Assembly: GCA_963787345.1 (NCBI GenBank)
Contig: CAWBCW010000036.1
Span: 36,608-100,607 of the forward strand
Length of the DNA: 64,000 nt
Source: an uncultured Bacillaceae bacterium
GTDB taxonomy: Bacteria > Bacillota > Bacilli > Bacillales > Cytobacillaceae
Direction: 5' to 3'
Positions 30,750 through 41,771 of this stretch are shown here, piece after piece. The notes below the pieces were generated by a model, which saw only the letters and a program-made list of their open reading frames with translations, was not told where the DNA came from and ran no database searches. Position 1 is the first letter of the stretch. Each line of letters begins with the position of its first letter. The translations under genes and the position numbers were made by a program.

Positions 30750-32516
30750 ATGGTTGGAAAATTTCTAGTTGACGAAAGGTTTCAACACTACAACTTGAAG
30801 TCTTTGCAAAAGGATCTCATTTCAGGTATTATTGTTGGAATTATTGCAATTCCCTTAGGAATGGCCTTCGCAATCGCATCTGGGGTAAAACCTGAGTATG
30901 GTATTTATACAACCATTATTGCAGGGATCCTCATTTCACTTTTTGGCGGATCAAAGTTTCAAATTGGCGGCCCCACTGGTGCATTTATTCCGATTCTTTT
31001 TGGGATCGTCATCACCTATGGTTATGAAAACTTACTTATTGCCGGACTAATGGCTGGGGTTATCTTAATCTTAATGGGAGTTTTCAAATTAGGGTCTTTA
31101 ATTAAATTTATTCCCCGTCCCGTAACCATCGGGTTTACAACAGGGATAGCTGTTACGATTTTCACAGGACAGATTGCTAATTTTCTAGGTCTGACAGGCA
31201 TTGAACGAAAGGAAAGCTTCCTTGAAAATATGGCGGAAATCTTTGTACATTTAAATACATTCAATTTATACAGCCTTCTTACAGCTGTAATCTGCTTCAT
31301 TACGATTTTACTTACACCAAAGTTTTTCCCTAAAGTACCTGGACCTTTAATCGGATTACTAATCTCAACGCTCATTGCGGCCTTGTTCTTTCCAGGAGAA
31401 GTCGCAACAATCGGTACGGCTTATGGCCAAATCCCAAACTCCTTGCCGAGCATTTCATTTCCAGAGGTTGATTTAGCAACCATCAAAATGCTCATTGGGC
31501 CAGCTTTCGTCATTGCTTTATTAGGCGGGATTGAATCCTTGCTGTCTGCCGTAGTAGCCGACGGAATGACAAACAGCCGTCATAATAGTAATAAGGAATT
31601 GATCGGTCAAGGAATCGCCAATGTGATTACACCGTTGTTTGGTGGAATACCGGCCACTGGGGCAATTGCAAGAACCGCCACCAATATTAAAAGTGGAGCT
31701 ATCTCGCCTTTATCAGGTGTGATTCACGGAATTGTTGTTTTAGTGGTGTTAATAGTATTTGCTCCCCACGCCTCTCATATTCCGTTAGCAAGTCTAGCGC
31801 CGATCCTGATGGTTGTTGCTTGGAATATGAGCGAAAGACATGTTTTTTCTTATATTTTAAAAACAAAGACTTCGGACTCCCTTGTGTTAGTCGTAACATT
31901 CTTGTTAACTGTATTTGTTGATTTAACAACTGCTGTACAAGTCGGTTTACTTTTAGCTGTTGTGCTTTTTACAAAACGGATGGTCGATTCACAAGTTGTA
32001 GCAAAGGCATTACCAAACTTGAATACAACGAATAAAAAAGTTCAAACACAAGTGGTTGCCGATGGGCATAATTGTCCACAAATCACCATTTATAACATTG
32101 AAGGCCCACTATTCTTTGGAGTAGCGCAAACCTTTCAACAAACAGTCATGAAAACAATTCATCATAAGCCAAAGGTTCTTCTTCTACGAATGGGAAAAGT
32201 CCCTTTTATCGATATAACAGGAGAAGCCCATCTAAAAAGTATTGTTAAAAGTTTTTCAAAACATGGGACCGTCTTGATTTCAGGACTGAACGAACAACCA
32301 AAAGAACTGTTAAAGAAAACTGGTTTATATGATATCATAGGTGAAGAGAACTTTTTTGAACATACAGGTCAGGCCATTCAGTTAGCTTTAAAACAACTAG
32401 AACGAACAAAATGTTTAAGTTGCAGACACTTTGCTTTCACAGAATGTAAAGAGTTTTCTCGCGCTCAAGAATTGGTACTCAACAGGGATAACAGATATAC
32501 TTCAATGAGTCAATAA
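30750..32516 (+). CDS. SulP/SLC26 anion permease with STAS domain
   Basis: DLISGIIVGIIAIPLGMAFA, GGPTGAF, ELIGQGIAN, ARTATN and GPLFFG...IDITG. Confidence 0.93.
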   Translation: MVGKFLVDERFQHYNLKSLQKDLISGIIVGIIAIPLGMAFAIASGVKPEYGIYTTIIAGILISLFGGSKFQIGGPTGAFIPILFGIVITYGYENLLIAGLMAGVILILMGVFKLGSLIKFIPRPVTIGFTTGIAVTIFTGQIANFLGLTGIERKESFLENMAEIFVHLNTFNLYSLLTAVICFITILLTPKFFPKVPGPLIGLLISTLIAALFFPGEVATIGTAYGQIPNSLPSISFPEVDLATIKMLIGPAFVIALLGGIESLLSAVVADGMTNSRHNSNKELIGQGIANVITPLFGGIPATGAIARTATNIKSGAISPLSGVIHGIVVLVVLIVFAPHASHIPLASLAPILMVVAWNMSERHVFSYILKTKTSDSLVLVVTFLLTVFVDLTTAVQVGLLLAVVLFTKRMVDSQVVAKALPNLNTTNKKVQTQVVADGHNCPQITIYNIEGPLFFGVAQTFQQTVMKTIHHKPKVLLLRMGKVPFIDITGEAHLKSIVKSFSKHGTVLISGLNEQPKELLKKTGLYDIIGEENFFEHTGQAIQLALKQLERTKCLSCRHFAFTECKEFSRAQELVLNRDNRYTSMSQ

Positions 32517-32563
32517 TAGGACGTTTCAAACTTTAAGCGTCCATCTCTTAAGGAGTTGGATAT

Positions 32564-32932
32564 ATGAATCTTGAATTGCAACAATTTAAAGCAGATTTTT
32601 TCAAAGCACTTGCCCACCCGCTACGAATTAAAATTTTAGAAGTACTAACAAAAGGCGAGTTTAGTGTAAATGAAATTCAAAATGCACTAGGCAGTGAAGG
32701 CTCAACTGTTTCTCAACAATTGATGGTATTAAGAAATAAGAATATCGTTGTAGGAATAAAAAATGGGAATCGTGTGATCTATTCCTTGCGTGACCCACTT
32801 ATTATTGATTTGCTGGATGTTGCAAAGAAAATCTTTAACAATCATCTCGTAGATACGATTACGATATTGGATAAGTTCCAGGACGATAACGAAAATGTCG
32901 TAAAAGAAGCAACAAATAATAAAAGGATGTAG
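32564..32932 (+). CDS. ArsR/SmtB family regulator lacking cysteines
   Basis: FKALAHPLRIKIL and VSQQL.VLR winged helix-turn-helix. Confidence 0.9.
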   Translation: MNLELQQFKADFFKALAHPLRIKILEVLTKGEFSVNEIQNALGSEGSTVSQQLMVLRNKNIVVGIKNGNRVIYSLRDPLIIDLLDVAKKIFNNHLVDTITILDKFQDDNENVVKEATNNKRM

Positions 32933-32997
32933 GCCTAAGCCATACATCCTTTTTTCTTATCCATCCCGCTTATCGCGCAGTTAGACGGTATGTCCCT

Positions 32998-33795
32998 TTA
33001 ATCGTCACTAAACATATTAAAGAACCCGCCAATGCCGCCTTCGCCTTTTGACTGCCCTCCTCCTTGTGGAGCAGCAGCAAATACGCGGCTCGCTAACCGG
33101 CTAAATGGCAATGATTGAACCCAAACGGATCCAGGTCCACGAAGTGTCGCAAAGAATAGCCCTTCCCCGCCAAATAACGCGGTTTTAATCCCCTTCACCA
33201 TTTCAATATCATAGTTAACCGTACTCGTCATCGCAACTAAGCAACCCGTATCTACACGTAAAACCTCACCTGGTAAAAGTTCCTTTTTAATAATAGTCCC
33301 GCCCGCATGAACAAAGGACAAGCCATCCCCTTCTAGCTTTTGCATAATAAAGCCTTCACCGCCAAAGAAACCGGCACCGATTTTTCGTTGAAATTCAACT
33401 CCAACTGATACCCCTTTGGCAGCCGCCAAGAAAGCATCCTTTTGACAGATAATTTTTCCCCCAAGCTCGCTTAAATCCATCGGGATAATTTTTCCCGGAT
33501 AAGGAGAAGCAAAGGAAACATGTTTTTTTCCACTTCGACCCTCATTTGTAAAAGTTGTCATAAATAGACTTTCACCTGTGATAACCCTTTTTCCAGCGCT
33601 TAGTAACTTACCCATAAGGCCGCTACCGCTGCCGCCACTTGAACCATCACCAAAAATCGTTTCCATTTTGATGCCGTCTTCCATCATCATCAATCCGCCA
33701 GCTTCCGCAATAACCGTTTCACCTGGGTCTAGCTCCACTTCCACAAACTGCATATCATCGCCATGAATCTTGTAATCAATTTCATGATTATTCAT
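32998..33795 (-). CDS. AIM24/TIGR00266 family protein
   Basis: [35 protein letters not shown] and LRGPG.VWVQS. Confidence 0.9.
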   Translation of the reverse strand: MNNHEIDYKIHGDDMQFVEVELDPGETVIAEAGGLMMMEDGIKMETIFGDGSSGGSGSGLMGKLLSAGKRVITGESLFMTTFTNEGRSGKKHVSFASPYPGKIIPMDLSELGGKIICQKDAFLAAAKGVSVGVEFQRKIGAGFFGGEGFIMQKLEGDGLSFVHAGGTIIKKELLPGEVLRVDTGCLVAMTSTVNYDIEMVKGIKTALFGGEGLFFATLRGPGSVWVQSLPFSRLASRVFAAAPQGGGQSKGEGGIGGFFNMFSDD

Positions 33796-34232
33796 ATAGA
33801 TTTTCCTCCGTCCCATTCTTATCTATTAGGTTCCTAATAAGTCTATTTTACGGGAGCTCATCCCCTCTTTCAATCTTGTAGATCATTAATTTCATTGTTT
33901 TTGTTAATTTTCCGTAAATTTAGTTTAACCGTATACTTTTTACCTTGAAGGTTACGGTTTGCCATTAATTTTTTCTCAGTCTTAAGTCGTACTTCAAAAT
34001 ACGCTTCCAGCTCATTACCAAAAGTTCCCATAAAAAGTAGTATGAATCTTAGAAAGGAGTTGATCGTTATCAAAAGGTTTTAGGTTGCTTACAATATTCA
34101 GATTTCCAAATATTTATATGTTAAATTTTTGTAAAATTTAAATTAATACAAATTTTAACATTTTTTACCAACCACTTGTGCTATGATTTTAAGCGGTGTT
34201 GAAACAGCTTGTCACAGAAAGGAGAAATAAGC

Positions 34233-37200
34233 ATGTCATTATTTACAAAATGGGCTTTCAGCAATAAAGCCGCAGTCGCTTTAATGACGGTGTTAGTTCT
34301 AGTCATTGGGATTGTTAGCTATTTTAGACTTCCAATGGAGTTTTTACCTAGTGCGGATAATCCGCAAGTTACTATTATTTCAATGGGTCAAGGAACAGAC
34401 TCAAAAACAATGGAAACAGAGGTTACGGAACCGATTGAAAGAGCTGTTGCAGGGGTAAATGGCAAAACAACGATTACCTCCACCACAGGAGATGGATTTT
34501 CAAAAGTAGATTTATTCTTTGAAGCCGGTTCCGATATGAAACAAGCAAAATTAGATGTACAAGAGGCAATAAACAGCATTGCTTTGCCGCAATTTATTTC
34601 AAAACCAACCATTTCTCAACTCAATACCTCTATGATTCCAATCGTAAACATTGCGATAACCTTCTCAGATGGATTAACAAAGGACAACATCGAATTTACT
34701 AGGGAAACACTTAAGCCTCTATATGAAGATATCGAGGGCGTAGCGAATGTTGATGTATACGGGGCAACAGATTCTGTCGTAACTGTAAAAATTGATAATG
34801 ATCAATTGGCAGAAAAAGCAGTACCCCTTCAAGCCGTTATGGGTGTATTACAGGGGCAAAATACAGCTTTAGCGATTGGTGAACAAGTCATTGATGGCAA
34901 GACGAGTAATATTAAAGTAATCGGAAACTTAGCGAGCATTGACGCATTAAAGTCCCTTACTGTTGCTCCGGAAGTAAGTCTTGGCGATATCGCAACGATC
35001 GAAGAAGCGAATGATGCCAATTTTATTAGTCGTTATAACGGAAAAGAAAGCTTAGACATCAACATTACGAAAGACAGTAACTCAAACACTGTCACCGTGA
35101 GTAAAGAAGTAGCAAAACTGATGGAGGAAATAAATAAAAAATACGATCAACAAGAATCGACGATCTATGTTTCTTCAGCTGATTTAGTTGAAACATCCGT
35201 CCATACGATGATTAAAGAAGTTCTTCTTGGTGCCTTCTTTGCCACGATCGTCATCATGCTATTTTTACGAAATATTCGTTCTACCTTTATTACGATTCTT
35301 TCGATTCCGCTTTCACTATGCTTAACCTTATTCTTATTATCGGTCTCAGGTGTAACCTTAAATATTTTAACACTTGGCGGAGTGGCTGTTGCTGTCGGAC
35401 GATTGGTCGATGACTCGATTGTCGTAATTGAAAACATCTTCCGAAAAATGCAAACAGAGAAATTTTCAGTTGGAATGGTCATTGATGCGACAAAGCAAGT
35501 AGGTGTTGCAATTACAGCTTCAACATTAGTAACAGTTGCTGTCTTTTTACCAATGAGTTTATTAAATGGTGGCTTACAAGAGTTTCTGTTGCCATTTGCC
35601 TTAACGGTTACTTACTCATTGCTCGCCTCTCTGCTTGTGGCCTTAACACTTGTTCCAGTTATGAGTGCAGGCTTACTGAAAAACACAAAACTGAGAGAGC
35701 GTAAGCCAGCAGTACGTTTTCCAAAAATGGTGACATGGTCTTTAAATCATAAATGGATTGTCTTTACGATTTCGATTCTTCTTTTAATTGGATCGGTCGC
35801 AACTTATTTTGCCATTCCAAAGGGTGCTGTAGACAACTCATCTGCCGACTACGTAGTGGCTACCCTTAGTTATCCAAACGAAACACCAATTGAAAAGGTT
35901 AGAGAAAAGGCCTTTGAACTTGAAACATCCATTAGTAATATAGATGAAGTAGATTACTTATTCACACAGGTCGGATCCCCTTCTGAGGCAGCACAGTATG
36001 GTTCGATTAGGCCAGCAACTGAAGCAACCTTTAGCATTTTTTTAAACAACAAGGAAGACACAGATAAAGTCATTAAGGAATTAGAAAAGGAAAAAGATGA
36101 ATACACTGATGCTACATTCGAAGTCATAGCGGCCTCGTTTATTATGATGGGATCTGGTGGTACAAATATTACGATCGACGTGATGGGAGAAAACCTTCCT
36201 GACCTTGAAGAAACAGCCACTGCGATTAAAGAAAAAGTAGAAGATATTGAGGGTGTTGAGGAGGTTACAACAAACCAGGATGAAAAGAAAACTGTCTATT
36301 CTTTAGTCGTTGATCCGACAAAAGGGAATACCGAACAAGTCGCACAGCAATTAGGGGTGATGTTAAACAATACACCAATCGGCACCATGAACTTAGATGA
36401 TCGCCAAACTCTTGTTATTTTGGAACCTGTACTTGATACAAAAACACCAGAGGATTTAAAGAATATCCCGATCATGACAAGTACAGGATTGGTCCCTGTA
36501 TCACAGCTAGCGACTTTAGAAAAAGAGGAAACGACGACAACTCAATTCCATAAAGATGGTGAACCGTATCTACAAGTAACAGCCTCTGTTGATCCAACTA
36601 AGCTATCGGAAATCGCAAAAAAGATCCATCAAGAAATATTTGGCGATACATCAGGTACTGGCGGCATTAATATTCCTGAAAATGTAGAAGTGGCCATCGG
36701 AGGAGCAAGTGCCCAACAAGCAGAAGACTTTACCGATCTATTCTTAATCATGCTCGCCTCAATTGGGATTGTATTCTTAATCATGGTCATTACGTTTAAA
36801 TCCATTAAAGCTCCAATTGCGATTCTTTGCTCTCTTCCGCTTGCAGCGATTGGCGCCATTTTAGGAATCGTCATAAGTGGAATTTCCGTAGATATTACAG
36901 CCCTTCTTGGTGCACTAATGCTAATCGGAATCGTCGTCACCAATGCAATCGTTCTGTTAGATCGTGTCAGACAGAACGAACAAAAAATGATCATTCGCGA
37001 TGCAATCGTTGAGGCGACAACAACAAGAATGAGACCGATTCTTATGACAGCTATTGCAACGATCTGTGCCATGTTGCCGTTATTATTTAAACAAGCCGAA
37101 GCCGGAAGCCTCGTTTCACAAAGCTTAGCGATCGTCGTAATTGGCGGACTGGCCATGGCCACATTATTAACGTTAATTGTAATCCCTTGTGCATATGAGT

Positions 37201-37268
37201 TGTTGTATTTTAGAAAATCTAAGAAACAACGAGTGGCTGGGAGAGTTACTGAAGATATTACTATGTAA
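34233..37268 (+). CDS. RND (AcrB/SwrC-like) efflux transporter
   Basis: About 1010 aa; GRLVDDSIVVIENI, GIVVTNAIVLLD and RMRPILMT. Confidence 0.93.
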   Translation: MSLFTKWAFSNKAAVALMTVLVLVIGIVSYFRLPMEFLPSADNPQVTIISMGQGTDSKTMETEVTEPIERAVAGVNGKTTITSTTGDGFSKVDLFFEAGSDMKQAKLDVQEAINSIALPQFISKPTISQLNTSMIPIVNIAITFSDGLTKDNIEFTRETLKPLYEDIEGVANVDVYGATDSVVTVKIDNDQLAEKAVPLQAVMGVLQGQNTALAIGEQVIDGKTSNIKVIGNLASIDALKSLTVAPEVSLGDIATIEEANDANFISRYNGKESLDINITKDSNSNTVTVSKEVAKLMEEINKKYDQQESTIYVSSADLVETSVHTMIKEVLLGAFFATIVIMLFLRNIRSTFITILSIPLSLCLTLFLLSVSGVTLNILTLGGVAVAVGRLVDDSIVVIENIFRKMQTEKFSVGMVIDATKQVGVAITASTLVTVAVFLPMSLLNGGLQEFLLPFALTVTYSLLASLLVALTLVPVMSAGLLKNTKLRERKPAVRFPKMVTWSLNHKWIVFTISILLLIGSVATYFAIPKGAVDNSSADYVVATLSYPNETPIEKVREKAFELETSISNIDEVDYLFTQVGSPSEAAQYGSIRPATEATFSIFLNNKEDTDKVIKELEKEKDEYTDATFEVIAASFIMMGSGGTNITIDVMGENLPDLEETATAIKEKVEDIEGVEEVTTNQDEKKTVYSLVVDPTKGNTEQVAQQLGVMLNNTPIGTMNLDDRQTLVILEPVLDTKTPEDLKNIPIMTSTGLVPVSQLATLEKEETTTTQFHKDGEPYLQVTASVDPTKLSEIAKKIHQEIFGDTSGTGGINIPENVEVAIGGASAQQAEDFTDLFLIMLASIGIVFLIMVITFKSIKAPIAILCSLPLAAIGAILGIVISGISVDITALLGALMLIGIVVTNAIVLLDRVRQNEQKMIIRDAIVEATTTRMRPILMTAIATICAMLPLLFKQAEAGSLVSQSLAIVVIGGLAMATLLTLIVIPCAYELLYFRKSKKQRVAGRVTEDITM

Positions 37269-37359
37269 GTTGTGAAAAACGGGCTTTTATGGCCCGTTTT
37301 TTTGCTTTAAAAATATACGGCTGTTATTATTGCAGTACTACTTTTCAGGAGTGTATTTC

Positions 37360-37962
37360 ATGAAACCAATGCCATCTGATTTTTTTCAAAAACCAACAAT
37401 CGAACTTGCAAAAGAACTTCTTGGCTGCTTGCTTGTAAAAGAAACGGAAGAAGGAATTGCAGCAGGTTATATCGTTGAAACGGAAGCTTATATGGGACCC
37501 GAAGACCGTGCAGCGCATAGTTTTAACAACCGAAGGACAAAACGAACAGAGATTATGTTTGGTGAACCTGGCCTTGTTTATACCTATCAAATGCACACCC
37601 ATACCTTAGTTAATGTCGTAAGTGGCCCTATTGAAACTCCGCATGCCGTTCTTATTCGTGCAATTGAACCAAAAGCAGGTCTTGAATTAATGCATAAGCG
37701 TCGTGACATGAAAGATCTTAAAAACTTAACAAATGGTCCTGGAAAGCTTACAAAAGCTCTTGGGATTACAATGGAAGACTACGGACATCCCTTTACAGAG
37801 CCGCCTCTATACATTTCCCCGGGTATTACACCTACTGATATATCAGTTAGTCCCCGGATTGGAATTGAAAATACCGGTGAGGCAAAAGATTATCCATGGC
37901 GCTTTTTTATTACAGGGAACCCCTATGTCTCACGGTTCCGGAAAAAGAAAGCGACAAAATAA
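37360..37962 (+). CDS. mpg: DNA-3-methyladenine glycosylase (AAG/MPG)
   Basis: IVETEAYMG, AVLIRAIEP, NGPGKL, RIGI and PWRF. Confidence 0.93.
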   Translation: MKPMPSDFFQKPTIELAKELLGCLLVKETEEGIAAGYIVETEAYMGPEDRAAHSFNNRRTKRTEIMFGEPGLVYTYQMHTHTLVNVVSGPIETPHAVLIRAIEPKAGLELMHKRRDMKDLKNLTNGPGKLTKALGITMEDYGHPFTEPPLYISPGITPTDISVSPRIGIENTGEAKDYPWRFFITGNPYVSRFRKKKATK

Positions 37963-38020
37963 TAAAGCCTTTAGAAAAACGAAGGAAATCCCCTTCTTCT
38001 AAAGGCTTATCGCTCAGGCT

Positions 38021-39040
38021 TTAACAAGATTCTCTTTTCTTTAGTTCAGGTGAAAAGCGATACACAACAGGAACCTTTGAATGTTTACTTTCTATATAGT
38101 CGAGAATAATATTAGCAGCTTTTAATCCCATTTCATTAACCGGCTGAGCAATCGTTGTTAAGGAAGGCTGATAAATATCTGCATATGATACATCATCGAT
38201 CCCGATGATCGCTACCTCCTCTGGGATAGCTATTTTTTTCTGTTTTAAAAATCCAAGTACTTCTTTTAAAACAAGGTCATTTCCAGCAATGATTCCGTTC
38301 GGTTTTATATCAGACTGAAATAGTCTCTCTAAATCAATCTGTAATTCTGCAAGAGTATTCGAACATAATAGTTCAGGGTAATCGATCTTGTGATTCTCTT
38401 TAAAAAAGGATAATGCCTTTCTATATCCTGCTATACGTTCAACCCGTGGCGAAATATTCACGTCAGTTGGCAATGTAACCATAGCAATACGATCTCTACC
38501 ATCATCTATCATCGTAGATACAGCTAAAAAAGCGGCAGCTTCATTATCTAGAAGAACCGTATCAGCAAAAATCCCTTCAATCTTTCGGTCCACAAACACA
38601 ACAGGAATCCGATCCTTTATTAAACGGTTATACTCTGAATGGTTCGAGCCGGTTGGAAAAATAATTAAACCGTCTACATTCCTTCCTGCAAGCAACTGAA
38701 TATACCCTACTTCCTTCTTAGGATCATCATCGGCATTACAAATAATTACTTGAATACCTTTTTCTTGTAAAACTTGTTCAATCACTCGAATAATTTCCGT
38801 AGATAAAACATGGCGAATATTAGCAACAATGATTCCAACCATCTTTGTTTTTTTCCTTTTTAGATTGCTGGCAAAGTGATTAGGTTGGAAATCCAACTCC
38901 TCAATAACCCGTTCAATTTTTTCCTTTGTAGTTTGGCTCATATACTTATATCTTTTATTTAAATATTGGGAAACAGTACTTTTTGATACACCAGCTGCTT
39001 TAGCCACATCATCAATTGTAACCGCTTTATTTTCTTTCAT
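38021..39040 (-). CDS. LacI family regulator (KdgR-like)
   Basis: TIDDVAKAAGVSKSTVS helix-turn-helix and SLTTIAQP; divergent from the kinase/TRAP operon. Confidence 0.92.
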   Translation of the reverse strand: MKENKAVTIDDVAKAAGVSKSTVSQYLNKRYKYMSQTTKEKIERVIEELDFQPNHFASNLKRKKTKMVGIIVANIRHVLSTEIIRVIEQVLQEKGIQVIICNADDDPKKEVGYIQLLAGRNVDGLIIFPTGSNHSEYNRLIKDRIPVVFVDRKIEGIFADTVLLDNEAAAFLAVSTMIDDGRDRIAMVTLPTDVNISPRVERIAGYRKALSFFKENHKIDYPELLCSNTLAELQIDLERLFQSDIKPNGIIAGNDLVLKEVLGFLKQKKIAIPEEVAIIGIDDVSYADIYQPSLTTIAQPVNEMGLKAANIILDYIESKHSKVPVVYRFSPELKKRESC

Positions 39041-39099
39041 AAACCACCAACACCCCCAAAACACTCCTCAATATAGCTGTATGAATAGGAGATCCCTGT

Positions 39100-39358
39100 A
39101 TCAAATTCGCCTTGGCATATTTGCGCCCAGACTTTATCGCTCTTCAGAACATCACGTCCTGTCTGTCGTAGAGCTCGCGAAGGTATTCTTTCCCTTGAAA
39201 ATCACACGTCTCCACCGGAGGCTTTAACTGCATTCAACCGGGGCTTGCCCCCACTGAATAGTTAAAAAGCTTTGCATTCATCTCACCACTTATAGAAGTG
39301 AGAGACTTCTATATCTGCCGCAAGCTTTCGGTACAAAACATTTGCTGAATGAAGTTAA
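39100..39358. repeat. Structured interspersed repeat, copy 3 (longer variant)
   Basis: Same termini (ATCAAATTCGCC...TGAATGAAGTTAA) with two internal insertions. Confidence 0.8.
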
Positions 39359-39370
39359 ATCATTGACTTT

Positions 39371-39399
39371 ATTATAAAGCCAATAGTACAAGATAACAA
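39371..39399 (-). promoter_or_regulatory. SigA promoter of the LacI gene
   Basis: Minus strand TTGTTA-N17-TATAAT. Confidence 0.6.
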
Positions 39400-39636
39400 T
39401 AACACAATAGATAAAACGGTTTAGTCAGAGGTATAAATTCCTAATTTTACCTCAGTATAAATAGCCAGAATGGTGTATTCCAAATACTTTAATACATTAG
39501 GAATTAATAAGCGGACAAGAAAACACTCTATTTTAGATGTTTCATCATTATTTTAACAAGAAATCCCCTTGTTACTACTATATTAATAGGTATCCCTCCA
39601 ATAAATATAAGAAATTTTCCATCTATTAATTTCCTA

Positions 39637-39688
39637 TTGCTAAACTTCGTGTAAGCGTATACAATAAAATCATTAATAAACCGGTTTA
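39637..39688 (+). promoter_or_regulatory. SigA promoter with cre-like site and LacI-type operator
   Basis: TTGCTA-N17-TACAAT; TGTAAGCGTATACA (39650-39663); palindrome TAAACCGGTTTA (39677-39688), with a variant at 39412-39423. Confidence 0.65.
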
Positions 39689-39731
39689 GTAACCTCAGCA
39701 GGTTTTAGTATAGAAAGGTGGTAAATATCAA

Positions 39732-40682
39732 ATGGTTGATGTGATTACAATAGGAGACGGAATGATTTCAATGGAACCTACTTCGAAAGGATCGCTCCGC
39801 TTTTCTAATATGTTTGAAAGGAAAGTAGGCGGTGCAGAATTAAACTTTGCCATAGGATGCGCACGTCTAGATTTACAGGTTGGATGGGTTAGCAGATTAG
39901 GCAAAGATGAATTTGGAAGATACATTCTCTCCTACGCTAGAGGAGAAGGCATTGATACATCTATGGTTGAACTAGTAGAGAACTATCCAACTTCAATCTA
40001 CTTTCGTGAAATATTTGAAGATGGAACAGGACAATCCTTCTACTATCGAGACCAATCGCCTACTTCTACTATGACGGAAAATGACTTAAACGAAGAAGAT
40101 TTTCGGCATGCCAAACTATTACATGTCACAGGTGTCTTTCCTTCCATTTGCAAAAATAATCAAATGATTATTAAAAGAGCGGTACAACTAGCTAAGCAAA
40201 ACGGTTTACTAGTTTCATTCGATCCTAATATTCGCCTTAAATTGTGGTCAAAAGAAGAAGCCAAAGAATTTATTCATGATCTTTTACCAGATGTTGATAT
40301 TTTACTGACAGGTGAAGATGAAGCAGAAATCATTCTTGGGTCTGATTCATTAGAAAATTATATTAAGCGTTTTCATGACTTTGGAATTTCTAAAGTTGTT
40401 ATTAAGCAAGGTTCAGACGGTTCAACCGGTTCGGACGGTACTCAAGTATATAGCATGCCACCGGTGAAGGCTCGTGCTGTTGTCGATACAGTCGGTGCCG
40501 GGGATGGATTTAATGCCGGTTTTATCTCAAGTATTTTAAAAGGGATGCCTTTTAAGAGAGCACTTCATATTGCCAATGCTGTTGGATCACTAGTAGTAAG
40601 CGTAAAAGGTGACAATGAAGGGCTTCCATATTTTGAAGAGGTACAAGCATTTTTAGGTGAAACAGAATTCATTGAACGCTAA
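39732..40682 (+). CDS. PfkB family sugar(-acid) kinase, KdgK-like
   Basis: GGAELNFAIG, FDPNIRLKLW and DTVGAGDGFNAG. Confidence 0.88.
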   Translation: MVDVITIGDGMISMEPTSKGSLRFSNMFERKVGGAELNFAIGCARLDLQVGWVSRLGKDEFGRYILSYARGEGIDTSMVELVENYPTSIYFREIFEDGTGQSFYYRDQSPTSTMTENDLNEEDFRHAKLLHVTGVFPSICKNNQMIIKRAVQLAKQNGLLVSFDPNIRLKLWSKEEAKEFIHDLLPDVDILLTGEDEAEIILGSDSLENYIKRFHDFGISKVVIKQGSDGSTGSDGTQVYSMPPVKARAVVDTVGAGDGFNAGFISSILKGMPFKRALHIANAVGSLVVSVKGDNEGLPYFEEVQAFLGETEFIER

Positions 40683-40717
40683 ACTCAAAAACGGTTACTT
40701 TAGGAGGGAAATTAACG

Positions 40718-41731
40718 ATGAATCTTAGAAAACTCATATCTGTTGCAGCTGCCGGAGTATTATCCGTTTCATTGCTGTCAGCATGCGGGAATAGCGTCGT
40801 TGGATCTGAAAATAAAGCGGTTGCATTACATCTCGCATCAAACCATCCGGAAGAACACCCGGTTACTCCATCTTTACGAAATTTTGCAAAACTAGTAAAC
40901 GAAAAGTCTGAGCAAACGGTTGATGTAAAAGTTGCGGCTAACGGGCTTTTAGGCGGTGAACGGGATGTCATTGAACTCGTAAAGTCAGGAACACTGCAAA
41001 TGGCTAAAGTGAGTGCCAGTGCTTTAGAAGGATTTGAAAACAGCTATTCCATCTTCTCGCTTCCATATGTATTCCAAAGTGAGGAACACTATTACGATGT
41101 AATGAAGGACAGCAAAGCGATTGAGGAAATCTTTTCAAAAACAAAGGACCAAGGCTGGTTTGCCATTGGTTGGTACAGCGGTGGACAACGCAGTATTTAT
41201 ACAGCTGATACGAAGATTGAATCTCTCTCCGATATGAACGGGATGAAAATCCGCGTTCAAGAAAGCCCTACATCTATATCGATGATTAGAGCAATGGGCG
41301 GGGCACCAACACCAATGACTTTCGGTGAAGTATATACATCCTTACAACAAGGGATCATTGATGGCGCAGAAAATAATGAAATGGGCTTAACTTCAAATAA
41401 ACATGGTGAAGTGGCTAAAGCTTACACATATACAGAGCACCAATATGTGCCAGATGTATTAATTATCAGTACAAAGGCATGGGAAAAGCTAACAGATGAA
41501 CAAAAAGAGATAGTGAAAGAAGCGGCAGTCGAATCAGCCGAAACCCATAAAATTACTTGGGCAAAAGCCACAGAAGAAGCTATAAAAGAGGCTGAAGAAA
41601 TGGGTGTAACATTCCACACGATTGATAAAACACCATTCATTGATGCTGCAGCACCATTACATGAGAACTTTAAAGCTAAAAACGAGGACTATAAGCGATA
41701 CTTTGAAGATATCCAAAGCTATATAAAATAA
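40718..41731 (+). CDS. dctP: TRAP transporter binding lipoprotein DctP
   Basis: Lipobox LSAC, GMKIRVQ, EVYTSLQQG and DGAENN. Confidence 0.92.
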   Translation: MNLRKLISVAAAGVLSVSLLSACGNSVVGSENKAVALHLASNHPEEHPVTPSLRNFAKLVNEKSEQTVDVKVAANGLLGGERDVIELVKSGTLQMAKVSASALEGFENSYSIFSLPYVFQSEEHYYDVMKDSKAIEEIFSKTKDQGWFAIGWYSGGQRSIYTADTKIESLSDMNGMKIRVQESPTSISMIRAMGGAPTPMTFGEVYTSLQQGIIDGAENNEMGLTSNKHGEVAKAYTYTEHQYVPDVLIISTKAWEKLTDEQKEIVKEAAVESAETHKITWAKATEEAIKEAEEMGVTFHTIDKTPFIDAAAPLHENFKAKNEDYKRYFEDIQSYIK

Positions 41732-41771
41732 GTCTTTTGTTAAGAACGAAAGAAAGAGAGGGGTTATTTCA

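Noticed and set aside
33870-34073. 67 aa ORF between AIM24 and the RND gene
   Set aside because: No RBS, low-complexity composition, and it lies in a divergent promoter region
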